Below, piece by piece: positions 1-17,330 of a stretch of DNA of 64,000 nt (position 1 is its first letter; the number at the start of each line of letters is the position of its first letter). Below the pieces are notes generated by a model. It was not told the origin of the DNA. It searched no databases and worked only from the letters and a program-made list of their open reading frames with translations. The stretch covers positions 30,866,773 through 30,930,772 of the forward strand of contig OZ037766.1 in NCBI GenBank assembly GCA_964035545.1, read 5' to 3'. Origin of the DNA: Bugula neritina. Taxonomy: Eukaryota > Animalia > Bryozoa. A program made the translations under genes and the position numbers.

Positions 1-667
1 TACCACTAATACTAATACCAATAATAATACTATTACTGATAAAAATACTAATACTAATACTAATAAAAGTGATTCAATGAATAGTAAAATTGCAAAGACC
101 AATACTTAGCAACAACTAAGTAAAGCATAACCCTTCTGTTTTGTCAAAGTCAGTAATTCTACTTATTTATAGCACCATTAAAAACAGCTTAAAATGAATA
201 ATTTTTGTCTTGCAACTTAATGATCGATTGCGTAGCAAAAATAATAAAATTTTGCTTTGTTACAACTATAATATAACTTATAATAGTACAAATTTATCTG
301 CCCAAATTTGTTTAATTTCACTAATTCTGCATAGCTCTTGTTATAATAAATAAATAAATTAATACTGGAGTTGCTTTATTAATAAGAAATACAGTTTAGA
401 TATGTGTTCTTTACACTGTATGGTAGATTTTGCTATACATAGCGAAGTATTTTTGTTACTCATTTTTTTTTCTATTAGTGATAGTAATGACTTGTACTTA
501 GAAGCATGTCTAATGCAAAGGTTTTTGAATCAAGAATGAAATTTATTTAGGTCAACAAAACAAAACAGAGCATAGTTAATAGCAAAAAAGTCAACATCAA
601 ATAAAAAATTGTGAAAAATTAATAGAAAGTTCGTTCTCAAATCCAGAAATCAGTAGAAGGTCAGTTG

Positions 668-1084
668 TTAGTAGTATCCTTTGAATGGGTATTGGCAGTA
701 ACGAAGACAGCCAGCTTTTACTTTACTGCAACCATACTTGTATCCACGGTGACTGCAGACACGTTTGTATTTATATGCGCAGCATCTCTGTAAGCAAAAC
801 AGAGTTTATTGGATATAACATGTTGTGATTAAAAATGGTGCGTAGCCTATATATTAATTTGCATCAAATGTCTAACGGTAATATACACACCAAAATTGAC
901 TCACCATAATAAAACACTGTACATCAATTATAATACAGAATATACAAAAAATTATCAATTGCAAATAAAAAGTTATATATTAAGTCATAAAAATACTCAC
1001 ACGGCGAGGGTAAGATGCCTCAGTAGCTGGGGCAAAGGTCATCAGACAAACAGCAATGGCAACAACAAGGAAAAGAACCTTCAT
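668..1084 (-). CDS. Secreted cysteine-rich cationic peptide, locus 1 (subfamily A)
   Basis: Coding exons 1084-1001 and 787-668, GTGAGT donor, CAG acceptor, phase 0. MKVLFLVVAIAVCLMTFAPATEA-SYPRR|RCCAYKYKRVCSHRGYKYGCSKVKAGCLRYCQYPFKGYY*. Non-coding exon 1 ends at 1272; AATAAA at 547-542. Confidence 0.93.
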
Positions 1085-1271
1085 GATGATTTTCTGCAAG
1101 TCAAAAGTAGTATAACTAGTTATTATAGGTGATTGCACATTATAACAAAAAAAACTTCATATGTACTATTTAAACTAAAAAAATACTTCTAATGTTACCA
1201 GCAGTATTAGGTTTGCTGCACGGTGAATTGATCTGAGTAAGAAAGGATAATCAACTTTGAATGTAACTCAC

Positions 1272-1338
1272 CTGGTTGACTTTCTTGCTTGAATATAAGC
1301 TCAGTTGTGATTCCTTTGAATATTCTTCTACTTTTATA
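1272..1338 (-). promoter_or_regulatory. TATA box and non-coding exon 1 of locus 1
   Basis: TATAAAA at 1338-1332 about 65 nt before CAG|GTGAGT; the same arrangement recurs in the paralogues. Confidence 0.8.
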
Positions 1339-1993
1339 CTAAACTGTGATGTTCCTAATCTCTACTATAAATCAATCGGATTGACATATTTCATCTCCTT
1401 ACTTCGATCCTTGCAGCTGTCCTTTAATAGCAGATCATTTTGAGTAATATATAATATATATTATCCGCTAATTTAACAGAGAATATTCATACGTTCATAA
1501 GCTCATATTATTTTTCAATCAATCACTTTATAAAAACATGTGACATCACTACCTAAACATTATAAAGTTCGACTTTTTTCCAAGTAACCAAATTGTACCA
1601 CCCTTTCACATGTATAACTGTTTCCTTGTTTCTGCATAAAAATAGAATTCCAGAAAAACCTTTTTCCTATTCTTATCTACATCTTATTCTGTAATGAGTC
1701 TCATCATTTACCTACTGTGACTAATACATGCCAGGTGCTGTCCAGCTTTGAGTTTTAGTTTTTTTACTCTAAGCATTAGATTAGAGTTTTTTCAACGCTC
1801 ATGGCTGTTACATGTTGCACAATATTATAGGCATACCTTGATAAAATGCATCTATTGAATCAAAATATAATACACACATGTAAAACATTTTTGTCCTGCA
1901 ATGAATTATTATGTAAATAGTTGCTATTTTAGCTGCTGTTTTTTTAAGTATTTTAATGCACTGATGAGTTAAGCTGGTATGACTGTATATATG

Positions 1994-2159
1994 AAAATGA
2001 CACCACAGTAAAAATAGCACAGGTAATATTAATGGCACAAAGGGCAAATTAGGCAAAAAATGGCACATTTGTGTTTGAGAAAAGTTAACATCAGTGTGCC
2101 AATTTTATCTACTTTTTTATTTCTGCAATTATTGCCAGTGCCATTTTTACCTAAAATCA
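1994..2159. mobile_element. Deleted copy of a small foldback/MITE-like element
   Basis: TGGCACAA-type repeats facing TGTGCCA-type repeats; homologous to 6097-6375. Confidence 0.55.
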
Positions 2160-4041
2160 TGAACAACATGTAGGTATGACAAAGTTTAATAAATTATATA
2201 TATGCGCTAAATTGTCTCGTTATATCTAAGATTTCTAATAGTTTTTATATTATTTTTCAAAATATCCTTAGCAAAGTGATTACTAGCAAATAGAGCAATT
2301 ATATTCATAGTTGCTCATTGGAATTCACATTCTATAAAAGCCAGAAAACTTTAAATGGTATCCTATAACATAGGGTTCAGCTTGTAAATGAAAAATTTGA
2401 TTTTATGCTTTACTTGAGAGGTGAGTAGTTGTCGTGGTGGGTTTTCAGCTAACTTTCTTTGACATTTTATTTGTTCATTCATTTTCAACAAACATATGGC
2501 TGCTTTGTTTTAAATACCACATCAATTTATTTTTGTAAATATATTCATTTATTTTGAACGTTTATAGACACATTTTTATTTGTAATAAATATCAAACATG
2601 CTGTTTTAGCTCATTTTTAGAATTAAAACTGTACAGCTAAAGTATTTGTATAATTCAAAAGTCAAAATGCTCTATTAAGTGCATATATAATATCTACATA
2701 TGCTATAGGCGGATAGTTAGAAAAATATTTTTGTCAATTGTGAAATAGCAAATTGTTATAATTCAGTAGTTCAACACTGTTTTAATAAGTATTCTAGAGT
2801 TTTAGTTATTAGAACAGAAAAACAAAAAAATTTAGAAAAAATTACAACACGTATGCAGGACACATTACCAAGGATGATTTATATGTTTCCCAATAATTTT
2901 CTAAACGTTTGAACCTGTTCACTACTATATTAAAGATTATTAACTCGCATTGATCCATAGCTTTCTATGGCTAATGCAATGCAACATGTGAAGGATAATC
3001 GCTATACTGGTTTAAACAGTCAAGACCACTAGCAACTTAACAAATGTAATTAAACTCATTTAATAGTTGTGGTATAGCTCTTATAAGTTCTGCAAACAGA
3101 AACCTAAAAAGTAAAAAAAATGCATACATGTTAAGGAGAAAGCTCAATACAATTCCTATAAAAAATCTACAGTGAAAGAGCTTAAGTCTAATTAATGACT
3201 TAAGAGTTGCAGCTGTGAAATTGTTGCATGACTATTAAAATACAATTATTATTTTTAGGTGACAAAAATGATGAGGAAAAGAAGTAAAAAACTTGAATTT
3301 TTATACTTTTATTCATCTCCTTTTCCTTGGTTTCTCATTGTTTAAACATTTTATTTGAACCGTAATAATTTATATTATAGAAACTAATATTGTACACCAT
3401 CAATATAGTGATTTGTTACTATATATACGCCTCTCAATATGTTGCAATAACAGTTATCCTAATTTTTTTACATAAGATATCGATAGAAAATGCTTTCTCA
3501 ACAGCTATGTACATTTGCTGTTGAGCTGTAGGAATGACACAGCTTTGTTCCAAAGTGTTCAACGTGGGTACCTCTTTTGATTAATTGCTTCCTCAAGGAA
3601 TCCTGGCTGAACATCACCCTAGTGTGATATATTAAGCTTATTGTTTAAAAATCAATTTGCTCACTTTGAGGAAATGTTGCCGCAATTGAGATAGATATTC
3701 TTTTTGTCATAACATGTCGTTGAACTATGAGTATATACATATATATATATTTCTAGAAAATTCAATAATTAAATAGAATAAAATAGCATGAATTGCAGCT
3801 ATATAATATAATGCTGGGCAGCATTACCAGGTGTACTAATACTTACAATGCATTAAATTTATTAGGTTTATTTTGCTTATTTATATGATAGTTATAGTAT
3901 CAAAGCTGTTGTGGCAAGTATTTGTAGCGGCAGCATAATCAGTAGAATGATTAATGTCGGTTAATTTTGGATACTTTTTCCATGAGCTATTAAAGGCTAT
4001 TATATTCTTATAGCTGTGTTTATGATATATCGTTGTTGGAT

Positions 4042-4180
4042 AAATAAATAATACTGTAATAACAGTAATAATACTAATACTAATAACAATTTACTAATAC
4101 TGATACTAATAATAATACTAATACTAATACCAATAATAATACTATTACTGATAAAAATACTAATACTAATGCTAATAAAA
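4042..4180. repeat. (AAT)/(ACTAAT)n microsatellite at the duplication junction
   Basis: Directly visible; its right half matches positions 1-70. Confidence 0.9.
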
Positions 4181-4778
4181 GTGATTCAATGAATAGTAAA
4201 ATTGCAAATACCAATGCTTAGCAACAACTAAGTAAAGCATAACTCTTCTGTTTTGTCAAAGTCAGTAATTCTACTTATTTATAGCACCATTCAAAATAGC
4301 TTAAAATGAATAATTTTTGTCTTGCAACCTAATGATCAATTTCGTTGCAAAAATAATAAATTTTTGCTTCATTACAACTATAATATAACTTATAATAGTA
4401 CAAGTTTATTTGCCCAAATTTGTTTAATTTCACTAATTCTGCATAGCTCTTGTTATAATAAATAAATAAATCAATACTGAAGTTGCTTCATTAAAAAGAA
4501 ATACAGTTCAGATATGTGTTCTTTACACTCCCTATTATATAGTACATTTTACTAAATAGCCAAGTATTTTTGTTACTCATTTTTATTGCTATTAGTGATA
4601 GTAATGACTTAGAAGCATGTCTAATGCAAAGGTTTTTGAATCAAAAATGAAATTTATTTAAATAAACAAAACAGAACAAAGCATAGTTAATAGCAAAAAA
4701 GTTAACATCAAATAAAAAGTTGTGAAAAATTGAAAGAAAGTCCGTTCTCAAATCCAGAAATCAGTAGAAGGTCAGTTG

Positions 4779-5193
4779 TTAGTAGTATCCCTTGAATGGG
4801 TATCGGCAGTAACGAAGACAGCCAGCTTTTACTTTACTGCACCCATACTTGTATCCACGGTGACTGCAGACACGTTTGTATTTATATGCGCAGCATCTCT
4901 ATAAGCAAAACAGAGTTTCTTGCATATGGCATGTTGTGATAAAAATGGTGCGTATATATTAATTTGCATCAAATGTCTAACGGTAATATGCACAACACCA
5001 AAATTGACTCACCATATTGAAAAACTGTACACCAATTATAATACAGAATATACAACAAAATTGCCAATTGCAAACAAAAAATTATATAATAAGTCATAAA
5101 AATACTCACGCGGGGAGGGTAAGATGCCTCAGTAGCTGGGGCAAAGGTCATCAGACAAACAGCAATGGCAACAACAAGGAAAAGGACCTTCAT
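4779..5193 (-). CDS. Secreted cysteine-rich cationic peptide, locus 2 (subfamily A)
   Basis: Exons 5193-5110 and 4898-4779. MKVLFLVVAIAVCLMTFAPATEA-SYPPR|RCCAYKYKRVCSHRGYKYGCSKVKAGCLRYCRYPFKGYY*. TATAAAA 5443-5437; exon 1 donor 5374-5369. Confidence 0.93.
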
Positions 5194-6096
5194 GATGATT
5201 TTCTGCAAGTCAAAAGTAGTATAACTGGTTAATATAGGTGATTGTACACTATAAAAAATCATATATACTATTTAAAGTAAAAAATACTTCTAATGTTAAA
5301 CCAGCAGTATTAGGTTTGCTGCACAGTGAATCGATCTGAATAAGAAAGTATAATCAACTTTGAATGTAACTCACCTGGTTGACTTTCTTGCTTGAATAAA
5401 AGCTCAGTTGTGATTCCCTTACAAATATGCTGCTACTTTTATACTAAACTGTGATGTTCCTGATCTCTACATGTAAACCAATCAAATTGACCTAATTCAT
5501 GTCTTTACTTCCTAATCGTAAATCATCTTGAAAAAATATATAATATATATTATACGCTAATTTAATGGGAATATTTGTACTCGTCATAAGCTCGTATATT
5601 ATCTTTCAATCAATCATTTTATAAAAACAGGTATGGCATCACCACACCTATAAAATATCATAAAGTTCGAAGTAACTGATTTGTGCCACCCTTTCACGTG
5701 TACGACTGCTTCCTTATTTCTACATTTAACAGTAGAATTCCAGGAAAACCTTTTCCTATGTTGATCCGCATCTTATTCTAATGAGTCTCATTGTACATTT
5801 ACTGTGACTATATTATAGTAGGTGCTATATGAGCTGTCCAACTTAGAGTTTTAGTTTTTTTCTCTAAGCATTAAATTAGAGTTTTTTCAACACTCACCTG
5901 TTACATGTTGTACAATATTATGGGCATACCTTGATAAAATCCATCTATTGAATCAAAATATAATACACACATATAAAACATTTTTGTTCTGCAATGAATT
6001 ATTATGTAAATAGTTGCTATTTTAGCCGCTGTCTTTTTAAGTATAATAATGCACTGATGAGTTAAGCTGGTATGACTGTATATGTGAAAAACGACC

Positions 6097-6375
6097 GATG
6101 TTTGGCAAAAATGGCACAAGTAAAAATGGCACAAGTAGAAATGGCACAAATGGCAAAGTAGGTAAAAATGGCACATTTTCAATATTAGGCCGTTTGTGAT
6201 CGGGTTGGGGGTTTGGGAAGGGAGAGGGATTAGGTTAGGGAATGCTGGTTTGAGTTTGGGGTTTAGGAAGATTTAACATCAGTGTGCCACTTTTATCTAT
6301 TTTTTTCATTTGTGCAATTATTACCTGTGCCATTATTACATGTCATTTCTACTTGTGCTATTTTTACCTAAAATC
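6097..6375. mobile_element. Small foldback/MITE-like insertion with repeated subterminal motifs
   Basis: Imperfect terminal inverted repeats GATGTTTGGCAAAAATGGCACAAG and CTTGTGCTATTTTTACCTAAAATC, internal G-rich GGTTAGGG stretch; absent from the homologous inverted site near 15530. Confidence 0.65.
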
Positions 6376-8897
6376 ATGAACGATATATATTATAGGTATC
6401 GCAAGCTATGACAGAGATTAATACACTATATATATCCTAAGTTGTCTCGTTATCTGAGATTTCCATTAATTATTATGATATCTTGAACAAAGTGATTACT
6501 AACAAAGAAAGTGTTTATATTTATGGTTTCTCATTGGAATTCGCATTCTATAAAAGCCAGAAAACTTTAAATGGTACTGTATTACTATATATATATAGTG
6601 TTCCGTGTTCAAATTATTAATTTGATTTCATGCTTTGCTTGAGAGGTGAGTAGTATAACTTCTGCAAGCTGAAACCCACAAGGTAAAAAAGGTACATACA
6701 TCTTAGGAAGAAATCTGAACACAATTTCTATATAAAATATCTACAGTGAAAGGGCATAAGCCTGATTAATGTCTTAAGAGTTGCAGCTATGAAATTATTG
6801 CATGACTATTAAAATACAATTATTATTTTTTAGGTGACAAAAATGATAAGGAAAAGAAGTAAAAAACTCAAGTTCTTTTACTTTTATTCATCTCCTTTTC
6901 CTTGGTTCCTCATTGTTTAAGCATTTTATTTGAGCTGTAATAATTTATATAGAAACTTGTAACATTGTACAACATCAATATAGTGATTTGTTACTATAAT
7001 ACACGTCTCAATATGTTGCAATAACAATGATTTTACTTTTTTTGCACAAAATACTGATAAAAAATGCTATCTCAATAGGTAGTTACATTTGCTGTTGAGC
7101 TGTAGGAATGACACAGCTTTGTTCCAAAGTGCCCAACGTGGGTTTCTCTTTTGATTAATCGCTTCCTCAAGGAATCCTGGCTGAACATAACCCCAGTGTG
7201 TTAGAAGCTTATTATTTAAAAATCAATTTGCTCACTTTGAGGAAATGTTGCCGCAATTGAGATAGATATTCTTTTTGTCATAACATGTCGTTGAACTATG
7301 AGTATATACATATGTTTATTTCTAGAAAATTCAATAATTAAAAAGAATAAGATAGCATGAATTGCAGCTATATAATATAATGCTGGGCAGCATTACCAGG
7401 TGTACTAATACTTACAATGCATTAATTTTATCAAGTTTATTTTGCTTATTTATATGATAGTTATAGTATCAAAGCTGTTGTGGCAAGTATTTGTATATCG
7501 CCAGCATAATCAATAGAATGGTTTGACGTCATTCAATTTTGCATGCTTTCTCCATGAGTTATTAAAATCTGTTATACTTTTGGCTGTGTTTAACTTATAA
7601 TAAATTCTTGTTGGATAAATAGCTGGCTATAATATTTCTATTAAATTTAGACATTTTCTAAAGAAGCCTCAGCATACATAATTATATTATAATGTTTTTA
7701 CTCCTACAGATTAATTTGTATAAAGTTTATACCTGACTTTAATACTCTGGTATTAATATAAAGAGAAATCAATTTGCGTGCTCATTAAAACACTAGTAAA
7801 GTCATACTTTTCCGTATATACATATTTTGTCTATCTTAAACACGCCATAAAATATAAAAAAAAACATTGAAAAATTGTTGGTAGAATGAGAATATCTAAT
7901 AGTATTTAAACTATATATAAATTGATTTACGCAGCTATGATTGTCTTTTTTGTTATAAGACCACCATAAATGTAGCAATATGCATTATTTTTTAACATTT
8001 TGAAGAAATTCTATATTTATATAACAATAAACTGTCTATACAACTTAAAAACTACAACTACTTTTATAATAATCCTAAAATATGAAAAATATAGGGTGGT
8101 TATATTTATTTTAATTGCAAACTGTCATGGTTAATAACAATTTGGTTATTATTGCTACTCTATAATCACCATAACTTAAATACCAAATACAAAATAATAC
8201 AATGCTACAATAATTTAACTACAAATTATTTTGTGTTGGTTAAAAGAAAAAAATTAACTAAAACTTGAATCTAATTTGAAACTTGAATTTCTAGAAAACT
8301 AATCTAAACTATAAACTGTTCAATTGTAAGGGCTATAATATTCTTTCCATATCATGTTTTACACGGCAGTAATACTCATTATATTCTCCTTGAATAAAAC
8401 GAGGTTTTTAAAAATGAACTTTCCTCAAACAGAAGATGTTCTGTGTATTATATCATTAGGAGAATATCATAAAACCCATGATAGTTGGACATAGCTATAT
8501 ATGCTAAGCAGAGTGGATAAGTTCTGAGAGTAGATAAGATAGCATTCAGACAAAGAACTGTCAAAGCTTTCTTTGTTGTATATTATCCTGGTGCTCTACA
8601 GCAGAAACAAGGAAACCGTGGTACACGTGACAAGGTGGCGCAATTCAGTTAATTTGAATAAAGAGGAACTTCACAATATGTAGGTAGTGATGTTACATGT
8701 TTCTGTAAAATGATTGATTGAAAAATAAAAGCGCCAAAACTAATGTATCATACTTACAAGGAATATTGCCTTTAAACTACGTTACAATGGATATTATTAT
8801 TAAATGATCTGCTATTAAAAACAGTCAAGGAAAAAAAGATCAAAAATAAGTCAGTTTGGTTGGCTTAATAAAGAAAATTTGATAGATATAAACTTAG

Positions 8898-8965
8898 TAT
8901 AAAAGTAGCAGAATATTCAAAGGAAATCACAAGTGAGCTTATATTCAAGCAAGAAAGTCAACCAG
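8898..8965 (+). promoter_or_regulatory. TATA box and non-coding exon 1 of locus 3
   Basis: TATAAAA 8898-8904; CAG|GTGAGT donor at 8966. Confidence 0.8.
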
Positions 8966-9199
8966 GTGAGTTACTTTGAATGCATTATGATTATACATTT
9001 TACATGGACTTTTTATCAATTTCCAACCTTAAAGCAACAACTAGTTTGAATATTTTAATTTTAGAGAAAAACGACGCAGCATTAAAATTTGTTTGATGTA
9101 GCGGGTAAAAAATAATAAGAAATAAATAATAATAATTTGAGACAAATAATGTAGGACAAAATAATTTTATTCATTAATTTTGACTTGCAGAAAATCATC

Positions 9200-9630
9200 A
9201 TGAAGGTCCTTTTCCTTGTTGTTGCCATTGCTGTTTGTCTGATGACCTTTGCCCCAGCTACTGAGGCAGGCCGTCCCTATGGCCGTGTGAGTATTCTGTA
9301 TATATTTTTTATTAAGGCTGTGAAATAACATAATATTTGTTTAAAGATAATGTATTGCAAACGGTTTACAGTATCTTCTATTATAACCATACAAATCAAA
9401 CACTATGTTAGTACTGTGATAAATTGCAATACTATGATACATTTTTTATTCATATATCGCGGTTTATTGTAATATATATTTCAATGACATAAATAATTTG
9501 TATATTATAGAGATGCTGCACATACAGATACAAACGTGTCTGTAGTAACCGTGGATACAAGCTTCATTGCAGAAGAGTAACTGCTGGTTGTCTTAGTTAC
9601 TGCCGATACCCATTCAAGGGATACTACTAA
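9200..9630 (+). CDS. Secreted cysteine-rich cationic peptide, locus 3 (subfamily A)
   Basis: Exons 9200-9286 and 9511-9630. MKVLFLVVAIAVCLMTFAPATEA-GRPYGR|RCCTYRYKRVCSNRGYKLHCRRVTAGCLSYCRYPFKGYY*. AATAAA 9762-9767. Confidence 0.93.
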
Positions 9631-10080
9631 CAACTGACCTTCTACTGATTTCTGGATTCAAGAACGGATTTACTACGGACTTTCACAGGATGATTTATAC
9701 GGCTCATTGTTAATTTTTGCTTTAACTCTTAAATATGTTTTGTTGTGTTTTGTTGATCAGAAATAAATTTTAGCTTGCTTCAAAACTGTCTGAATATTCT
9801 TAAAAACGTGTAAAAAACCTCACATAACACATTACGAAATAAACATATCTAATGATTACTAATGTGAAATAATGCATCTCAATTATACTTCTTATAACAA
9901 TAATCACAATATAATAAACTAATGGTTATAATACTCATTCACACCAAACACATGTATATAAACTCAAGTGTACATTCATACACAGATATATATGCACTTA
10001 TACATGATATACACTTATATACATATAGATACGCATTTATACATGATATACACTTATATACACATGCATGTATATTCAAT

Positions 10081-10129
10081 ATATACATACTGTGTATATA
10101 TATATATTGTGTATATATATATTGTGTAC

Positions 10130-10216
<87 letters not shown>

Positions 10217-10267
10217 ATTTGTATGTATGTGTATGTATGTGTATATATATACTGTGTATATATATAT

Positions 10268-10301
<34 letters not shown>
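10081..10301. repeat. (TA)n microsatellite, compound
   Basis: Directly visible. Confidence 0.97.
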
Positions 10302-11148
10302 CTTATGAATTTTTAGATTTATTTTGTAAATGATAGTGTTAGTCTAATTATCGTTGACTATATGCCCATATTAAAATAATGCAATTTCAACAGCTAGCAA
10401 AAAGACCATACAAAATTTGATTCTATACTCATATTATTTTTACTTAAGAGTAATTTCTTGCTGAGATCGAAAGTGGTTAAATTAAAGCAACAATTTTGCA
10501 ATTTTCCTAAAATATGGCATATTTCTATAGATTCAAGAATAATCTTTCCAGCAAGTCTTATAAAATATTTTACTCAAAATGTTGACAACTCATGCTTTAG
10601 GAAGTATACATGTGTTATTAATAACATTTGTATACATAAAAATAACTACTATAGTGCAAATTGCTGTGCCAACTTTTGTTTAATTTTACCAATTCTGCGT
10701 AAAACTCTTTTTATAATAAATAAGGTCTTTTGCTGTGGCGAAATGTTATTCTAATGAGCTTTTTGCACTGCATGCTTATGTTTTCCTTCACAATTAAATA
10801 TTTGTACACTTGAGTGTATATGAATGCTGTACGTGGCGGAAGTGAGAAAATTATAAATTTAATATGTTGATATTTTTGTAATAAAAAATATAATTGAGAC
10901 GCATTATTTCACACTAGTTATTATTTCTATTTCCAATTTTGTTGCTATATATTATAGAAGGCATTATCATACTAAGATTTATGAAAATATGCAGATAGTG
11001 TTGAAGTAAATTTTAAAATTTATTTTCAATTAACAAAACATAAAAAACCATAATCAGTAGCTAGAGCAAAAAATTACATTATTCTGTATTATAAGTCAAA
11101 AGTCCGTAGTAAATCTATTCTTGAATCCAGAAATCAGTAGGTCAGTTG

Positions 11149-11571
11149 TTAGTAGTATCCCTTGAATGGGTATCGGCAGTAACGAAGACAACCAGCAGTT
11201 ACTCTTCTGCAATGAAGCTTGTATCCACGGTTACTGCAGACACGTTTGTAACTGTATGTGCAGCATCTCTGTAAATAACACAAGACTTATTAGTAAACTG
11301 CATATATTTTACAGTATAGAAAATGCACCATAGTTATAGTGAAATTTATTACAGTAACATCATGTCAACTTTGAACTGTTATACTGGAGAAGTTTGTAAA
11401 ACATGCAGATCGTAATACATTATCTTGAAATAAATATTATATTATCTCGCAACCTGAATACAAATATCTATACAAAATACTCACACGTCCATAACGGTGA
11501 CCTGCTTCAGCAGCTGGGGCAAAGGTCATCAGACAAACAGCAATGGCAGCAACAAGGAAAAGGACCTTCAT
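11149..11571 (-). CDS. Secreted cysteine-rich cationic peptide, locus 4 (subfamily A)
   Basis: Exons 11571-11485 and 11268-11149. MKVLFLVAAIAVCLMTFAPAAEA-GHRYGR|RCCTYSYKRVCSNRGYKLHCRRVTAGCLRYCRYPFKGYY*. TATAAAA 11825-11819; exon 1 ends at 11758. Confidence 0.93.
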
Positions 11572-11829
11572 GATGATTTTCTGCAAGTCAAAAGTAGTAT
11601 AACTAGTTATTATAGGTGATTGCACTCTATCATAAAAAACATATATATACTATTTAAATTAAAAAAATATTTCTAATGTTAAACCAGCAGTATTAGGTTT
11701 GCTGCACGGTGAATTGATCTGAATAAGAAAGGATAATCAACTTTAAATGTACCTTACCTGATTGACTTTCTTGCTTGAATATAAGCTCAGTTGTGATTCC
11801 TTACAAATATGCTGCTACTTTTATACTAA

Positions 11830-16150
<4,321 letters not shown>

Positions 16151-16158
16151 CAGTTTAG

Positions 16159-16227
16159 TATAAAAGTAGCAGCATATTTGTAAGGGAATCACAACTGAGC
16201 TTTTATTCAAGCAAGAAAATCAACCAG
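16159..16227 (+). promoter_or_regulatory. TATA box and non-coding exon 1 of locus 5
   Basis: TATAAAA 16159-16165; CAG|GTGAGT donor at 16228. Confidence 0.8.
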
Positions 16228-16430
16228 GTGAGTCATTTTTCAACTTGATTGTGCATTTTACTTGAACTGTTTGCTTCAATTTAATTTTTCATCAGTTAAC
16301 AACCTTGAAGCAATGACTTACAGCTTGAAAATTATATAGTAGCATTTAAAATGTTTAATTTATCAGGTAAAAATAATAGGATGAAACAAACCGTTATTTA
16401 GTTATAAATTTTGACTTGTAGAAAATCATC

Positions 16431-16855
16431 ATGAAGGTCCTTTTCCTTGTTGCTGCCATTGCTGTTTGTCTGATGACCTTTGCCCCAGCTACTGAGGCAG
16501 GTCGTCCCTATGGCCGTGTGAGTATTCTGTATAGATTTTTTGTATTAAGGCTGTGAAATAACATAATATTTGTTTAAAGATAATGTATTGCAAACAGTTT
16601 ACAGTATTTTCAATTATAACAATACAAATTAAACAGTATGCTACTCTATTTCACTACTATGATAAATTTTCTATTTACATTTAGCAGTTTATTGTAATAA
16701 CTATTGCAATGGCATAAATATTTTGTTTATTGTAGAGATGCTGCACATACAGATACAAACGTGTCTGTAGTAACCGTGGATACAAGCTTCATTGCAGAAG
16801 AGTAACTGCTGGTTGTCTTCGTTACTGCCGATACCCATTCAAGGGATACTACTAA
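16431..16855 (+). CDS. Secreted cysteine-rich cationic peptide, locus 5 (subfamily A)
   Basis: Exons 16431-16517 and 16736-16855. MKVLFLVAAIAVCLMTFAPATEA-GRPYGR|RCCTYRYKRVCSNRGYKLHCRRVTAGCLRYCRYPFKGYY*. Confidence 0.93.
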
Positions 16856-17165
16856 CAACTGACCTACTGATTTCTGGATTCAAAAACAGATTTACTACGG
16901 ACTTTCACAGATTGATTTATATGGAACATTGTTAATTTTTGTTTTCACTTTTCATGTTTTGTTGATCAGAAATAAATTTTAGTTTGCCTCAAAACCAAAT
17001 GCGCATATTTTCAAATATCGTTGCACATTAATAACAGTCAAAACAACAAAATAAAAAGTATAAATATTTCATAATAACGCAGATAGTGTAAAATTATGTA
17101 TCTGAAGTTTTTGCTTTTATATAGCAAACTTATAATATATAAAGCTAATAACTTTCTCACTGGAA

Positions 17166-17330
17166 CACACACACACGCACACACTCACACACACACACAC
17201 GCACACGCACACGCACACATGCACACACTCACACACACACGCACACACTCACACACACACACGCACATGCACACGCACACGCACAAGCACACGCACACGC
17301 ACAAACACACACACACACACTGTGCACACA
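17166..17330. repeat. (CA)n/(CACGCA)n microsatellite
   Basis: Directly visible. Confidence 0.95.

Larger units (their letters stand above)
1..7620. repeat. Direct tandem duplication (about 1-4047 and 4110-7620) producing loci 1 and 2
   Basis: Colinear high similarity at an offset of about 4.1 kb (ATG 1084 vs 5193). The second copy lacks the segment equivalent to about 2430-3080. The junction lies in an (AAT/ACTAAT)n tract. Confidence 0.9.

Noticed and set aside
668-787. Cys order CC-C-C-C-C matches conotoxin framework IV
   Set aside because: Only the order matches; loop lengths, signal sequence, general lack of a propeptide and compact introns give no support for homology.
896-1132. Recurrent ORFs containing CLSSWGKGHQTNSNGNNKEK (also 5017, 18797, 27994, 43852)
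   Set aside because: Antisense shadows of the conserved signal-peptide exon; splice sites, TATA and polyA signals support the opposite strand.
1961-1990. Other CTGATGA/CTGACGA hits (1961, about 6053, 42396, 54651, about 63547) as hammerheads
   Set aside because: No helix II followed by GAAA and no pairing helix I/III; the last lies in a coding exon on the other strand.
4779-4805. R-YPFKGYY resembles Tyr-Pro-Phe opioid-like peptides
   Set aside because: A three-residue coincidence; the preceding basic residue is not conserved (Q, P, G in loci 1, 6, 7), so release of a free N-terminal Tyr is unsupported.
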